Source: a bacterium
Lineage (GTDB): Bacteria > RBG-13-61-14 > DATKZS01
DNA length: 64,000 nt
NCBI GenBank assembly: GCA_963674965.2
Contig: CAXXFL010000006.1
Location: 256,001 to 320,000, forward strand
Direction of reading: 5' to 3'
The position numbers were made by a program, and so were the translations under genes. This document shows, piece after piece, positions 30,839-41,181 of this stretch. The number at the start of each line of letters is the position of its first letter. The stretch's first letter is position 1. The notes beneath the pieces are model-generated. The model was not told the DNA's origin. It made no database searches and saw nothing but the letters and a program-made list of their open reading frames with translations.

Positions 30839-31521
30839 TCATTTTAAAAAATACCGAATATCCTTAACTGCCTCCGGTTCAGAGACCTCGATTTTTTGAA
30901 CCTCGGACCGGAGAACCAGGGCGTGTGGGTTTTTCCAACCCCCGCTGTTCCCCGACGCCGGCTCCGCCCGAGCATTATCTTCGTCCTGATACGCTGCGAT
31001 CGCCGACTCAATATGACTCACCAGAAGCGGCATCGAAAAGGGCTTTGGTAAAAACGAATACCCCCTCGCTCAATGGCCGCTTGACTGATGGTCACTGGGT
31101 CATCGCCTGAAATTATAATTACCGGCAGCTTTGGGCTGTTGCGCTTCAACTCGCTCAAGAGGTCCAGGCCGTTGCCGTCGGGCAGGCCCACGTCCAGCAC
31201 CGCGGCGTCGGGGGGGTCATATTGGTTGTAGATCCGGCGCGCCTCCGCCAGGGAGTGGGCGAGCATGAACCGCCACTGCGGCCGGATTTCGTTCATATAC
31301 TCAGTGGCGGTCTCGACCAGCATACGGTTGTCGTCCACAAATAACAGGGTCGTAGGCATGACTTTTTCTCCTTCCAGAGACGGGGACACTTGAAACCCCT
31401 GGCCGTTCATCCCCAATTTGCGCTGCAATTTCTCAGCAAGCTTGGCCAGTTTGGAATCAGGCGCCCGCGGGAAATGGTGTTTTAAAACATTGATGATGAT
31501 TTCACTTTTGGCCTGGCTCAT
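30839..31521 (-). pseudogene. Frameshifted response regulator
   Basis: Paralogue of 12322-12999; one base missing at the C-run near 31061 turns GGYSFLPKPF into GGIRFYQSPF, and the rest continues in ORF 30839-31033. Confidence 0.85.
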
Positions 31522-31573
31522 TTTTTTCCTCCTCCCGCGATCTGTTCGGGGACCTCATAATCAGTGGTCCGAA

Positions 31574-32374
31574 CTACTCGCCGCCTTTATCCAAGATGAT
31601 GGTAAACAGGACTCTCCGGTTGGCCTGGGCGGCCCGTGACTCAATGTCCTCGGGGAACGGTTCATACTCGGCCGGCCGATCCTCTCCATATCCGATTTTC
31701 TTGAGCCGATCCGGGGCAATGCCGCCATCATTGATGAGGTATTGCCTGACCGCGGTTGCTCTTCTTTCGCTCAGCTTTTGGTTATATTCGTCGGCGCCGC
31801 TGGCGGAGGCATATCCGGCAATCAGGAAACGAAGAATCGGGTTGTCTTTCAGCGTCTGGATGTTTTGATTCATGATCGCCTGCCCTTGCGGAGTAAGGCT
31901 CGAACTATCGTGGGCGAAATGAGCATCATCAAGCTCGATGAGCACTACCGGCGCCGTGGTAAAGCTCCAGGCGCAACTGGTATGCAGGACCTTGCCTTCA
32001 TTGGTAATCGCGGCGGAATAGGTGGTATTGGGGGCAAAAGGGGCGTCCGGTGAAAAGGTGATCATTTTGGCGTCCACATCATTGGTGACTTTTCCGTTGA
32101 CGTTGGAATGGTCCGATCGGGTTAGAATAAAGAGTCCTTTGGGCATGGGCGCACTGAAGCTTGCGGTGATATTCTTGGCGACGGACACATCGACGGCGCC
32201 ATTGTTGGGGCTGACGAAACATTTTGTGATGGCGGGCGGCGGCGGGTCCGAGGCCGCACCCGCTTCGCCATTTCGGCCATTCCACTCGCACCCGGCGGCC
32301 ACAAAAACGGCCCAGAGCGCCACCGTCGCTAAAATCGCATAGTTTCTAAATGATCTCATTTTTAATGGCCTCAT
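31574..32374 (-). CDS. Lipoprotein with Ig-like domain and OmpA-like C-terminus
   Basis: Lipobox AAGC; SPNNGAVDV...ASFSAPM...FSPDAPFAPNTTYSA...WSFTT Ig-like pattern; YNQKLSERRA...NRRV. Confidence 0.87.
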   Translation of the reverse strand: MRPLKMRSFRNYAILATVALWAVFVAAGCEWNGRNGEAGAASDPPPPAITKCFVSPNNGAVDVSVAKNITASFSAPMPKGLFILTRSDHSNVNGKVTNDVDAKMITFSPDAPFAPNTTYSAAITNEGKVLHTSCAWSFTTAPVVLIELDDAHFAHDSSSLTPQGQAIMNQNIQTLKDNPILRFLIAGYASASGADEYNQKLSERRATAVRQYLINDGGIAPDRLKKIGYGEDRPAEYEPFPEDIESRAAQANRRVLFTIILDKGGE

Positions 32375-32475
32375 TTATTTCTCTCCTCTTTTTTTCTTTG
32401 TAATTTGCTTTGCATTAAATTAACCTGTTCCCCTTTCCAGGACCTCAAAATCAGTGGTTCGAATTACCCGCCGTC

Positions 32476-32703
32476 TTATTCAAGAATGACGGTAAACAAT
32501 ACTCTCCGGTTGGCCTGGGCGGCCCGTGACTCGATGTTCTCGGGGTCCCGCTCAATCACAAAATCCAACTCCTTGTCGGTGGATAAAACGATAGATGCCA
32601 TGGCCGAATGCTCATCTTTGTCGCCGGGGATAATGACCCCTTTAAGTAGTAATTCTTTTCCCCTTAATCCCGCTTCCAGTATCTTATGCTTATCGTTGTT
32701 CAT
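32476..32703 (-). pseudogene. Chimeric ORF: hypothetical N-terminus fused to an OmpA C-terminal tail
   Basis: First about 53 aa match 13459-13746; last 22 aa (PENIESRAAQANRRVLFTVILE) match the end of 31574-32374. Confidence 0.8.
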
Positions 32704-32734
32704 CGATCTTTTTCGTTGTCCTTAGTTATTACTA

Positions 32735-32881
32735 TTCATACATCATGCCAATTATCTAAGTACCTGATATTTAAACATTAACTGAACACCATGGACCATG
32801 TCTTGGAACCAGGAATTCCGATTTACCCATGCGTTGCGGTTCTCAAAGGGGGTGTTAAAGATGGAAAAGGCAAAGTTTGCC
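32735..32881 (-). promoter_or_regulatory. Putative sigma54 promoter cassette, copy B
   Basis: Same 16-mer (32735-32750), IHF site (32757-32769) and GGCAAAGTTTGCC (32869-32881); remnant of the activator 3' end at about 33018-33085. Confidence 0.6.
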
Positions 32882-33150
32882 AATACCGCGCCTTCCCGAG
32901 TTCATCTCCGACAGGGGAAAGGGCCTGAATCATTTAACATATTACTCAAACTTAAATGGAAAAATCAGCAGAGGCATGAAAAGAATTGGAAAGGCTGAAC
33001 GAGAGGTTTTGAACCTTAGAGTTCCGATTCTTTCTTTGTGCTCTTACGACGGGTGGATTTGTATTCGGTTTTATCTATTTTATCGGGGATTACTCCATCG
33101 AGGGGCATGAAGATTCCGTGGCGATGTTTTTAACGTGCCGCATAACCAGT

Positions 33151-33195
33151 CAAAAAGGCCGGAGACCAACAATAATGTTAGCCCCGGCCTTTTTG
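33151..33195 (-). terminator. Intrinsic terminator, possibly bidirectional
   Basis: CAAAAAGGCCGG...CCGGCCTTTTTG inverted repeat. Confidence 0.75.
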
Positions 33196-33249
33196 GTCTG
33201 TGTTCATGCTATTGTTCGCAATCTTTCAATTCTCATTCTTAAATCTGGC

Positions 33250-33396
33250 TTACTTTTTGGTTTTTTCCTTGATTCCTTTCCTTCCTCCTGTCATTGGACC
33301 TTGACCAGGGCTATTGCCCTTACCCTTACCCTTACCTTTACCATGACCGTCTTTCGGTCCCTGACCTTTTGGTCCAGTTCCATCTTTATCTGGCAT
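33250..33396 (-). CDS. Small Gly/Lys-rich protein, DUF5320-like (48 aa)
   Basis: Not in ORF track. AAGGAGGTG RBS; MPDKDGTGPKGQGPKDGHGKGKGKGKGNSPGQGPMTGGRKGIKEKTKK*. Confidence 0.8.
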   Translation of the reverse strand: MPDKDGTGPKGQGPKDGHGKGKGKGKGNSPGQGPMTGGRKGIKEKTKK

Positions 33397-33482
33397 ATTA
33401 ATCACCTCCTTCCTGCTGGCGAACGATAGCGACCGCTAATTTGTCGTCGCCTGAATCCGCCTTATTGGCTGATCTTACCTTT

Positions 33483-34253
33483 CTATCGTGGTTTACCTTG
33501 GTCCGCTACAGCCTTCGTTGCTTGCGCCACAGATTCTGAATTCCCCAAATAGTAATGTTTGATAGGCCGCAGTTCCTTATCCAGCTCATACACCAGCGGT
33601 ATTCCAGTAGGAATATTCAGAGTAACAATGTCTTCGTCTAAAACATTGTCGAGATACTTCACCAGTGAACGTAGACTATTGCCGTGAGCTACGATGATCG
33701 CTCTCTTCCCCGCTTTTACGGCAGGTGCAATAGATCCGTGCCAATAGGGCAAAAAGCGCTCGGTCGTGTCTCTTAAACATTCTGTTACTGGCAAATCGCG
33801 AACATCCAATTCCTGATAACGCGGATCATGGACCGGATATCGTTCATCCGTTTTCGCCAAAGCCGGGGGCGCTATATCATAGCTTCTGCGCCAAAGGAAT
33901 ACCTGATCCTTCCCAAAGCACTTTGCGGTCTCCGCCTTGTTCAAGCCTTGCAGAGCCCCATAGTGCCGCTCATTCAGCCGCCACGAACGCTCGACAGGAA
34001 TCCACATTGGGTCAAGTTCATCCAGCACAATCCAAAGTGTGCGTATGGCGCGTTTCAGCACTGAGGTATAGGCTATATCGAAGTAGTAGCCTTCAGATTT
34101 GAGCGTCTTGCCAGCTTCTCGAGCTTCGATCCTGCCATGACCAGAAAGATCGACATCCGTCCACCCCGAAAAACGATTTTCCTTATTCCACAGGCTTTCA
34201 CCGTGCCGCAAGAGAACCACTTGACGGAGATCGCATTTCGCTTTATCTTTCAT
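33483..34253 (-). CDS. gpmA: 2,3-bisphosphoglycerate-dependent phosphoglycerate mutase
   Basis: [39 protein letters not shown]. Confidence 0.97.
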   Translation of the reverse strand: MKDKAKCDLRQVVLLRHGESLWNKENRFSGWTDVDLSGHGRIEAREAGKTLKSEGYYFDIAYTSVLKRAIRTLWIVLDELDPMWIPVERSWRLNERHYGALQGLNKAETAKCFGKDQVFLWRRSYDIAPPALAKTDERYPVHDPRYQELDVRDLPVTECLRDTTERFLPYWHGSIAPAVKAGKRAIIVAHGNSLRSLVKYLDNVLDEDIVTLNIPTGIPLVYELDKELRPIKHYYLGNSESVAQATKAVADQGKPR

Positions 34254-34313
34254 CAGGGTATCTCCCGGTTTTGAGTTCTGCCACTTTCACAAGCAGGCCA
34301 AGCTTCGAGCGCT

Positions 34314-35468
34314 TCATGCACGCGCACCAAAGGGAAAATGAAGCCCCCAGATGATGTCGGGCCTGGAGAACCAACCGGTGCCAATGCCGACGTAAGGCTC
34401 CACCAACGCGTTATCGAGTTCCACGTGTTTCTTAACAAGAGCCCCGTCCATGAGCACCGACTTTAGCACCACGGCGCCTTCCTCAATCCGCACATCCGGA
34501 CCTATGATCGAGTCCTCGATGACGGCCCCTGCAATCCGGGCCGAGGACGAAATCATGGAATTTTTTATGCGCTGGTGGCCGTTAACGTAATCGCGGACGA
34601 TTTGCTCTTGGGAGAAGGGGATGCGCTTTAGCCCGGACAAGTTGTCGAAATTAAGCTCTTGGCCGTGCCCGTTCAAGACTTCCATGCTTGTCTCCATGTA
34701 AGCCCGAAGTTCCCCGATGTCGCGCCAATAGACCTGGCCGCCGTTTTCGTTCTTACAAGAAAAAGCCCACGCCTCTCCTTGCCTAGCCAGCCTCGGCATT
34801 ATGTCCTTGCCGAAATCATGCGAGCTCTCGCTCCGATTTTCATCGAGACAGTCGAGGAGAAAGCGGGTGGTGAAAACATAGATGCCCATGGAGGCGAGCG
34901 GATTTTTATCCGGGGGGACGACCGCATCGAGGCTTTGGGGTTTTTCGTGAAAGCTCTCGATCTTCCCGTCCTCCCGAACCTTGACGATTCCGAAGCGGTG
35001 AGACTCGTCTCTTTCGCATTCGACCGCTCCGACCGTTACCGCGCCTCCATGGGCCTGGTGGAATTCGATCATGGGGTTGTAATTCATCTTGTAGACGTGG
35101 TCTGCGGCCAGGACCACGGTGTATCGCGGAAGCCGCTCCCTCCTAGATAAAACCTGCCACACCGCGTTCGAAGTGCCCATGTATCTCCCCAGCGGAGATT
35201 TGTCGGAGGGCATGATTTCCAGGCGTCTGCCTATCGCCTCATACGATCCTTTCCAATTGACGCGAAGGAAGTTGTCCAAAATGTCCGAAAGGTACTGGGT
35301 AAGCACTAGGCAATCCCCTCCCATCGAGGCTTGGCAGTTGTAGAGGGTGAAGTCAATGATCCTTCCCGAAGCCCCGAACCGGACCAGGGGCTTGGGCCGA
35401 TTCGAGGTCAAGGGCATGAGCCGCTCTCCACGGCCGCCCGCAAGCAGACAGTACAGTATGTCAGGCAT
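34314..35468 (-). CDS. glgC: Glucose-1-phosphate adenylyltransferase-like nucleotidyltransferase
   Basis: LAGGRGERLMPLT..RPKP, LTQY, ADHVYKMNY, FHEKP, ASMGIYVF, HDFGKDI, YWRDIG; divergent. Confidence 0.8.
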   Translation of the reverse strand: MPDILYCLLAGGRGERLMPLTSNRPKPLVRFGASGRIIDFTLYNCQASMGGDCLVLTQYLSDILDNFLRVNWKGSYEAIGRRLEIMPSDKSPLGRYMGTSNAVWQVLSRRERLPRYTVVLAADHVYKMNYNPMIEFHQAHGGAVTVGAVECERDESHRFGIVKVREDGKIESFHEKPQSLDAVVPPDKNPLASMGIYVFTTRFLLDCLDENRSESSHDFGKDIMPRLARQGEAWAFSCKNENGGQVYWRDIGELRAYMETSMEVLNGHGQELNFDNLSGLKRIPFSQEQIVRDYVNGHQRIKNSMISSSARIAGAVIEDSIIGPDVRIEEGAVVLKSVLMDGALVKKHVELDNALVEPYVGIGTGWFSRPDIIWGLHFPFGARA

Positions 35469-35529
35469 GCCATTCCTCTTTTGCCCATGGAAAAGCAGCC
35501 GGACATGCCTATGCCGCGGTCAGGGCTTT

Positions 35530-35905
35530 CCTGTTCACTATTGGTATCGATCACGGCGGCGGCGGAATACGCATCCAACTCACCGGCCACGACAATCCCC
35601 TTGAGTAATACTTCTCCTACGCGTAATCCCGGTCTCTCAATATGGTTACTGGTTTTATTCATCGTTATTTTCCTGTAGTCCATCAGCCCGACATAACAAC
35701 ACTCCAGCCGCCCGCTGTCCAGTTTATTAAGGATCTTGAGGCCGACCAGAAATTGGTAGGGGTCAGCGGAGGGCTGCGGGCGGGCAACGCACCAGTACAC
35801 TTGAATCGGAACTTGTTCCATTTCGCATGAACTGGGCAACGACCCCTTTAAGTAGTAATTCTTTTCCCCTTAATCCCGCCACCAGTATCTTATGCTTATC
35901 GTTGT
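35530..35905 (-). pseudogene. Mosaic of PilZ 3' fragment and hypothetical-gene fragments
   Basis: 35700-35839 matches 13105-13242 (PSSCEMEQVPI...ADPYQFLVG); 35840-35900 matches 13678-13740. Confidence 0.7.
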
Positions 35906-35920
35906 CCCTGGTTATTACTA

Positions 35921-35955
35921 TTCATACATCATGCCAATTGTCTAAGTGCCTGATA
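35921..35955 (-). promoter_or_regulatory. Putative sigma54 promoter cassette, copy C
   Basis: Same 16-mer (35921-35936) and IHF site (35943-35955), downstream of the second activator. Confidence 0.6.
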
Positions 35956-36202
35956 TTTAGACATTCACTGAAAACCATGGGCCATATCTTGGAACGAGGA
36001 ATTCCGATTTTTGCGTGTGTTGTGGTCCCCATAGGTGGTGAGAAATATGGAACCGGAAAGGCTTGTCGGCGCCGCGCCTTCCCGAGTTCATCTCCGACAG
36101 GGGAAAGGGCCTGAATCATTTAACATATTATTCGGTTTGAATTGGAGGAATCAGGAGAGGGACGTATAAAGGATTGAAAATTGCGAACGAAGGGTTTGGA
36201 CC

Positions 36203-37648
36203 TCAAAGTTCCGATTCTTTCTTCTTAACCTTGCGGCTGGAGGGTTTATATTTGGCTTTATCTATTTTATATTTTGTCAACAGCTTATTCAGTTGGCGGA
36301 CCCCGATCCCCGCCGTGGACGCGGTCTCGTCGATTTTTCCTTTGTATTCGGCCAACAGTTGCTTCAGGTATTGGCGTCGGACGCTGTCGATCGCATCCTG
36401 GGTGACTGTGGCCAGGGGAAGCGAGGTGTTGAGGTGGATTTGAGCCGTACTGCCCCCTGAAAAGAGTTCGGACGGAAAGCTCTCCGGGGTGAGTTCGCTG
36501 GACTGCTCCACAATATGTGCCCTCTCGATCAGGTTCTCCAACTCGCGGATGTTGCCGGGCCAGTGGTATCTTAGCAGGGCTTCCATGACGCTTGGATGGA
36601 TCGAAAGAATTTTCTTGCTGTGTTCGCGATTGCACTTGTCCAGGAACTCCCGCACCAAAATCTCGATGTCCTCGACCCGCTCCCGCAGAGGCGGGACCTC
36701 GATGGGGAAAACGTTCAAGCGGTAATAAAGGTCCTCCCTAAAACTACCATCGTTGATCGCGGCCTGCAGGTCGAGATTGGACGCGGCGATGACGCGCACG
36801 TCCGCTATAATCGTCGTTTCCCCACCGACGCGGGAATAGATTTTTTCCTGCAATACCTGCAAGAGCTTAACCTGGATGGACTGGGCTACGGTCCCGACCT
36901 CGTCGAGAAAAATCGTTCCGCCCTGGGCGATTTCGAACTTGCCCAGTTTCCTGGAGATCGCGCCGGTGAAGGCTCCTTTCTCATGGCCGAACAGTTCGCT
37001 CTCGACCAGGGTCTCGGGGATGGCGCCGCAATGGATGCTAATGAATTGATTGTCGCTGCGGCTGCTGTGCCGATGGATGAGCTTGGCCATGACCCCTTTG
37101 CCCGTCCCGGTCTCTCCGGTCAAAAGGACGGTGGTCAAGGTCGGGGCCACCGACCGGATCTGGTCGATGACTTTTTGCATCACAGGGCTTTGGGTGCGGA
37201 CAATGGCGCCGGATTCGTCTTTCCAGAACTGGTCGCGAAGGTACTCCAGTTCCGAATAAGTTCTAATGGTCTTCGTCATGTTCTCCATTACCAGGCGCAC
37301 TTCTTCCTGATCGATCGGAGAAATGAGGTAATCGTTGGCGCCTTCCTTCACTGCCTGAACAAGTTCACGGACGTTGTTCTGAGGCGACATTACTATGATC
37401 GGAGTCAGGGGAAAGACTTTCTTAAACGGTTGGAAGGCCTTGTTGTAATCGACCTTGGAGCTGGACTGGCCAGGCGTAGCCAAAATAGTTAGATCAATGA
37501 AAATGATTGAACACTGCCGTTTGAGAAACTTGGCTAGACCTGATTTCCGGTCTCCTGCTATCTCAAAGATATACTCTTCTTCTCCCAAATATCTCTGGAG
37601 AGAGGAGGCCATGGCATCATCTTTGGTGACGATAAGAATAGTGTTCAT
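36203..37648 (-). CDS. Sigma54-dependent activator (NtrC/Fis family)
   Basis: 481-aa close paralogue of 14060-15505 with intact GAFTGA. Confidence 0.95.
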   Translation of the reverse strand: MNTILIVTKDDAMASSLQRYLGEEEYIFEIAGDRKSGLAKFLKRQCSIIFIDLTILATPGQSSSKVDYNKAFQPFKKVFPLTPIIVMSPQNNVRELVQAVKEGANDYLISPIDQEEVRLVMENMTKTIRTYSELEYLRDQFWKDESGAIVRTQSPVMQKVIDQIRSVAPTLTTVLLTGETGTGKGVMAKLIHRHSSRSDNQFISIHCGAIPETLVESELFGHEKGAFTGAISRKLGKFEIAQGGTIFLDEVGTVAQSIQVKLLQVLQEKIYSRVGGETTIIADVRVIAASNLDLQAAINDGSFREDLYYRLNVFPIEVPPLRERVEDIEILVREFLDKCNREHSKKILSIHPSVMEALLRYHWPGNIRELENLIERAHIVEQSSELTPESFPSELFSGGSTAQIHLNTSLPLATVTQDAIDSVRRQYLKQLLAEYKGKIDETASTAGIGVRQLNKLLTKYKIDKAKYKPSSRKVKKKESEL

Positions 37649-38316
37649 CTAAAAGTGGACAATATCACACATCCGAACTTAATACCACCAATAAACGAAC
37701 AGACTTTCGTTAAATTGGAATTCCAAGTTCCAATAGATAGCGCCGCTACATATTTTATAATTAAATATCAGATAGTTAGATAGCTGGCATTAACAATGGC
37801 CAGCACGTGCGTTCCCATTGTCAAAAAAGTGCTCTAATTTGGTAGAGTACCGAATGGTATAGCCATCGCAAATTCCATTTAACTCACCTTATTCAAGGTC
37901 ATGCAGTAAAAGCATGATTTTGCTTGCCGGTCGTTGGCAATGACACTATATGTATGACGTAATTATGTGGCATCCCGCCCTTCATAAGATTTTCAGTAGC
38001 TTGATCCATTGATCGCCTACCATCGCTGTATGCCCGCTGTAATGGAACTAGCCCTAAAGTTCTTTTTCATCGAGTTCCCTTATTTTGTCGAGGATACTTT
38101 TCGCCGATCCCTCGTCCGCGATTTCGAAAATTCCGTTCATGCGGTACTCTTGTTTTGTGTCAACGATCAGAATTCCTTAACAAACCCCTGAGAATGGTTA
38201 AACACCACGGACCACCTCGAACTAAACCAGTGGGATATTTCCATCTTTCTCATAACGATTTCAACCTGGCCAGCTTCATATCGGCAAGAGCCTTGTCGAA
38301 TTCCTTCCAGTCATAA

Positions 38317-39934
38317 TGTCCTGCCTCAGTTGAAAATGGAGAACGCCTCCGCGAGGATAGTTATATCGAGAAGGAGGCGGGACGATGGAAGGGAGACGAA
38401 GAAGATTTACGGCGGAGGAGAAGGTTCGGGTGCTGAGGCGGCACCTGGTTGACAAGGTGGCAGTGTCGGAGCTTTGCGAGCAGGAGCGGATTCAGCCGAC
38501 CCAGTTCTACAACTGGCAGAAGCAGTTCTTTGAAAACGGCGCGGCGGCCTTCGAACGGCAGCCCTCCCGGCCGGAGCGGCGCGAGGCAGAGCGGATCGAG
38601 GCGCTGGAAGCCAAGCTTCGGAAGAAGGACGAGGTGATTTCAGAGCTGATGGAGGACCACGTCAAGTTAAAAAAAGAGCTTGGGGACCTCTGAGGGCCGC
38701 ATGGGTCCCCCCCGACACGCGGGACGAGGTGGTTGACTACGTCGGCTACTGGCTTTCCCGCGCGGAGCTTCCGGCGGCCCGTCTGATCGATTGGCTGGGG
38801 ATATCGAGCTCGAAGTACTACGACTGGAAGAAGCGCTACGGCCTGGCCAACGAGCACAACGGCAAGGTCCCTCGGGACCATTGGCTTTTGGATTGGGAGA
38901 AGCAGGCGATCATCCGCTATCATTTCGATCACCCGCTGGAGGGTTACCGCCGGCTGGCGTTCATGATGCTTGATGAGAATCTGGTATGCGTGTCTCCGGC
39001 GAGCGTTTACCGGGTGCTGTCGGAAGCGGGTTTGCTGGGTCGGTTTTCGGGCCAGCCGTCGCTGAAGGGCACGGGTTTCGAGCAGCCCGAAAGGCCGCAT
39101 GAACACTGGCACATTGACGTGAGCCACATCAATATTTGCGGGACGTTTTATTACCTGTTCAGCGTGATTGACGGCCAAAGCCGCTACCTGGTCCACTGGG
39201 ACATTCGAGAGAGCATGAAGGAGTGGGAGGTTGAAGTGATCCTGGAGCGGGCGAAGGAGAAGTATCCGGCTGCTCGGCCTCGCATCATCTCGGACAATGG
39301 GCCGCAGTTCATCGCCCGGGATTTCAAGGAGTTCATCCGAGTGAGCGGGATGACGCATGTTCGGACCTCGCCGTACTATCCGCAAAGCAACGGCAAGAAG
39401 GAGCGGTGGTATCAAACGCTGAAGAAGGAATGCATCCGTCCGAAGACGCCGCTTAGTTTGGATGAGGCCAAACGGATCGTGGGCGAGTATGTGGAGCATT
39501 ACAACAACGTGCGGTTGCACAGCGCGATCGGTTACATTGCGCCGGCGGACAAACTGGCTGGCCGGGAGGCGGAGATTTGGGCGGCTCGGGACCTGAAGCT
39601 GGAAGCGGCGCGGGAAGAGCGGAAGCGGCGGCGGATGGTCGAACGCGGCGGGCTTGACATGGCGTTGGCGGTTGGAGTAGCCTGAGCTTGCCGGGTGAAA
39701 CAGAGGCGGGCACTGCTGGAGAGCAACCCGCCGAGGGATAGCCCGGCGGGGCTCATCGCGTTGATGAGAGGGCGTTGGGGAACACCCTCAGCGCCCGGCC
39801 TAAACTCATCAAACGATAGACCCCCAATGCCTTCTTAAAACTCCCGCCCGAAGGGCGGAATCTTGAGGGTGAGTGCGAAGGCCGTACTCACTTAGCAAAA
39901 GCGGGGGTACTCCATTTCCCGCTGAACCAGGACA
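38317..39934 (+). mobile_element. IS3-family insertion sequence (1618 bp)
   Basis: TG...CA ends; imperfect TIRs TGTCCTGCCTCAGTTGAAAATGGAG / TGTCCTGGTTCAGCGGGAAATGGAG; ATAA target duplication (38313-38316, 39935-39938). Confidence 0.93.
38385..39685 (+). CDS. IS3 transposase OrfA/OrfB joined by programmed -1 frameshift
   Basis: OrfA HTH (38385-38693); A7G slippery site 38669-38676 followed by GGGGACC/GGTCCCC hairpin; OrfB DDE motifs WHIDVSH, SDNGPQF, NGKKERW. Confidence 0.92.
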
Positions 39935-39972
39935 ATAAGAGCGAAGTCGATCACAGCATCAATCCTCGCCCA

Positions 39973-41181
39973 TCAATAAGCATCATCCAACTTCTGGCCT
40001 TCACGTATCTGGTCAAAAAACGGTGTGCTCCGTTGCTCCACGCATATGGCGGAATATAGATACATCGCAGCCGACCATGACTGCCAATCGACTCCGCGAG
40101 GAGCACCGTCCTGCGCCCGAAACCACTCGTTAAAGCCGAATTCGACCTCTGCTTCGCGTGCGGGGCGCACCAGATCGGTCAAGGCCATAAGCTTCTTCTC
40201 CGCCAGGCGGAACCTTCCAGTGGCCACGATCGCGGCCACGTAGAAGCCGCAGACAAAGGGCCAGATTCCACCATTATGGTATTCCCCAGGCATATTGTAC
40301 CGTTTGTATCTAGGTCGCCAATCTGGATCCTCGGGCTGAATGTACGGGAAGTAGTTGGGGGGAAGGTCCAACGCCAAAAGGCCCTGTTTCCGTAGGCTCT
40401 TGGACTCGCGTTCGATCCATGAAACAATGGACTTGGACCGCGAGGGGGAAGCCAGGCCGCTCAATACCGCCAAGCTGTTCCCTAATAGATCGAACCGTTC
40501 ATCGCTTAAGACCTTGTATGACCACGTTGCGAAGTAAGGCTTGTGCGGCAGAGATAACCCCTCATGGACGTGCCGGTTCTGGACTTCCCCCCGGATGGTG
40601 AAACGGCCCATTTGATTTTCCAGGCGGTTGGCTTTTTCATGTTCGCCGAATAGACGGAGATAACTGTACACGATCGTGTTCACAAACAGCCCGTGACCCA
40701 AGACCCACTGTTCATCGCGCCAGTCGCTGGTCGGCAGTTGCTGCACGATAACCCTGTCCGTTGGACTCTGATATTCCATCCAGGTCATCGACTTTTTTAG
40801 GGCGTCCTCAAGGAAATCATTTTCTCCAGTCGCCTTTTGAAAAATGCCTACGCTCAGAATGAATAGAGGAGTGGTGTCGCTGGCTCCGCGATCATCTCTG
40901 TCGTGTACCAATCCAGGAATATGTCCCAACCGACTCTGGTTTTTGGCAAGGGTCAGCAGTACTCGCCGCAGACTTTTGATGAGCTTCTGGTTTCCACACG
41001 CCAGGAACCCGAGCCCGCATATCATGAGATCACGGGTGTAGGGCTCTGGATATCCGAATCCGGCAGTTCTTGGAAGTGAACGATAGGGTCCGCGTGAATT
41101 TTTGAGCAGAACTTCCAGGGCCGCTTGCTTAGCTTGTTCCACCCGGGCTTTGTTTTTAGCATTCATTTTATGATATTCCAA
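39973..41181 (-). CDS. Six-hairpin glycoside hydrolase, GH100 (neutral invertase)-like
   Basis: YTRDL, SDTTPLF, FDLLGNSL, YHNGGIWP, FNEW, QSWSAAMY. Confidence 0.75.
   Translation of the reverse strand: MEYHKMNAKNKARVEQAKQAALEVLLKNSRGPYRSLPRTAGFGYPEPYTRDLMICGLGFLACGNQKLIKSLRRVLLTLAKNQSRLGHIPGLVHDRDDRGASDTTPLFILSVGIFQKATGENDFLEDALKKSMTWMEYQSPTDRVIVQQLPTSDWRDEQWVLGHGLFVNTIVYSYLRLFGEHEKANRLENQMGRFTIRGEVQNRHVHEGLSLPHKPYFATWSYKVLSDERFDLLGNSLAVLSGLASPSRSKSIVSWIERESKSLRKQGLLALDLPPNYFPYIQPEDPDWRPRYKRYNMPGEYHNGGIWPFVCGFYVAAIVATGRFRLAEKKLMALTDLVRPAREAEVEFGFNEWFRAQDGAPRGVDWQSWSAAMYLYSAICVEQRSTPFFDQIREGQKLDDAY

Noticed and set aside
37985-38316. Toxin-antitoxin pair or intact gene beside IS3
   Set aside because: Only short frames broken by stops; no family could be recognised.
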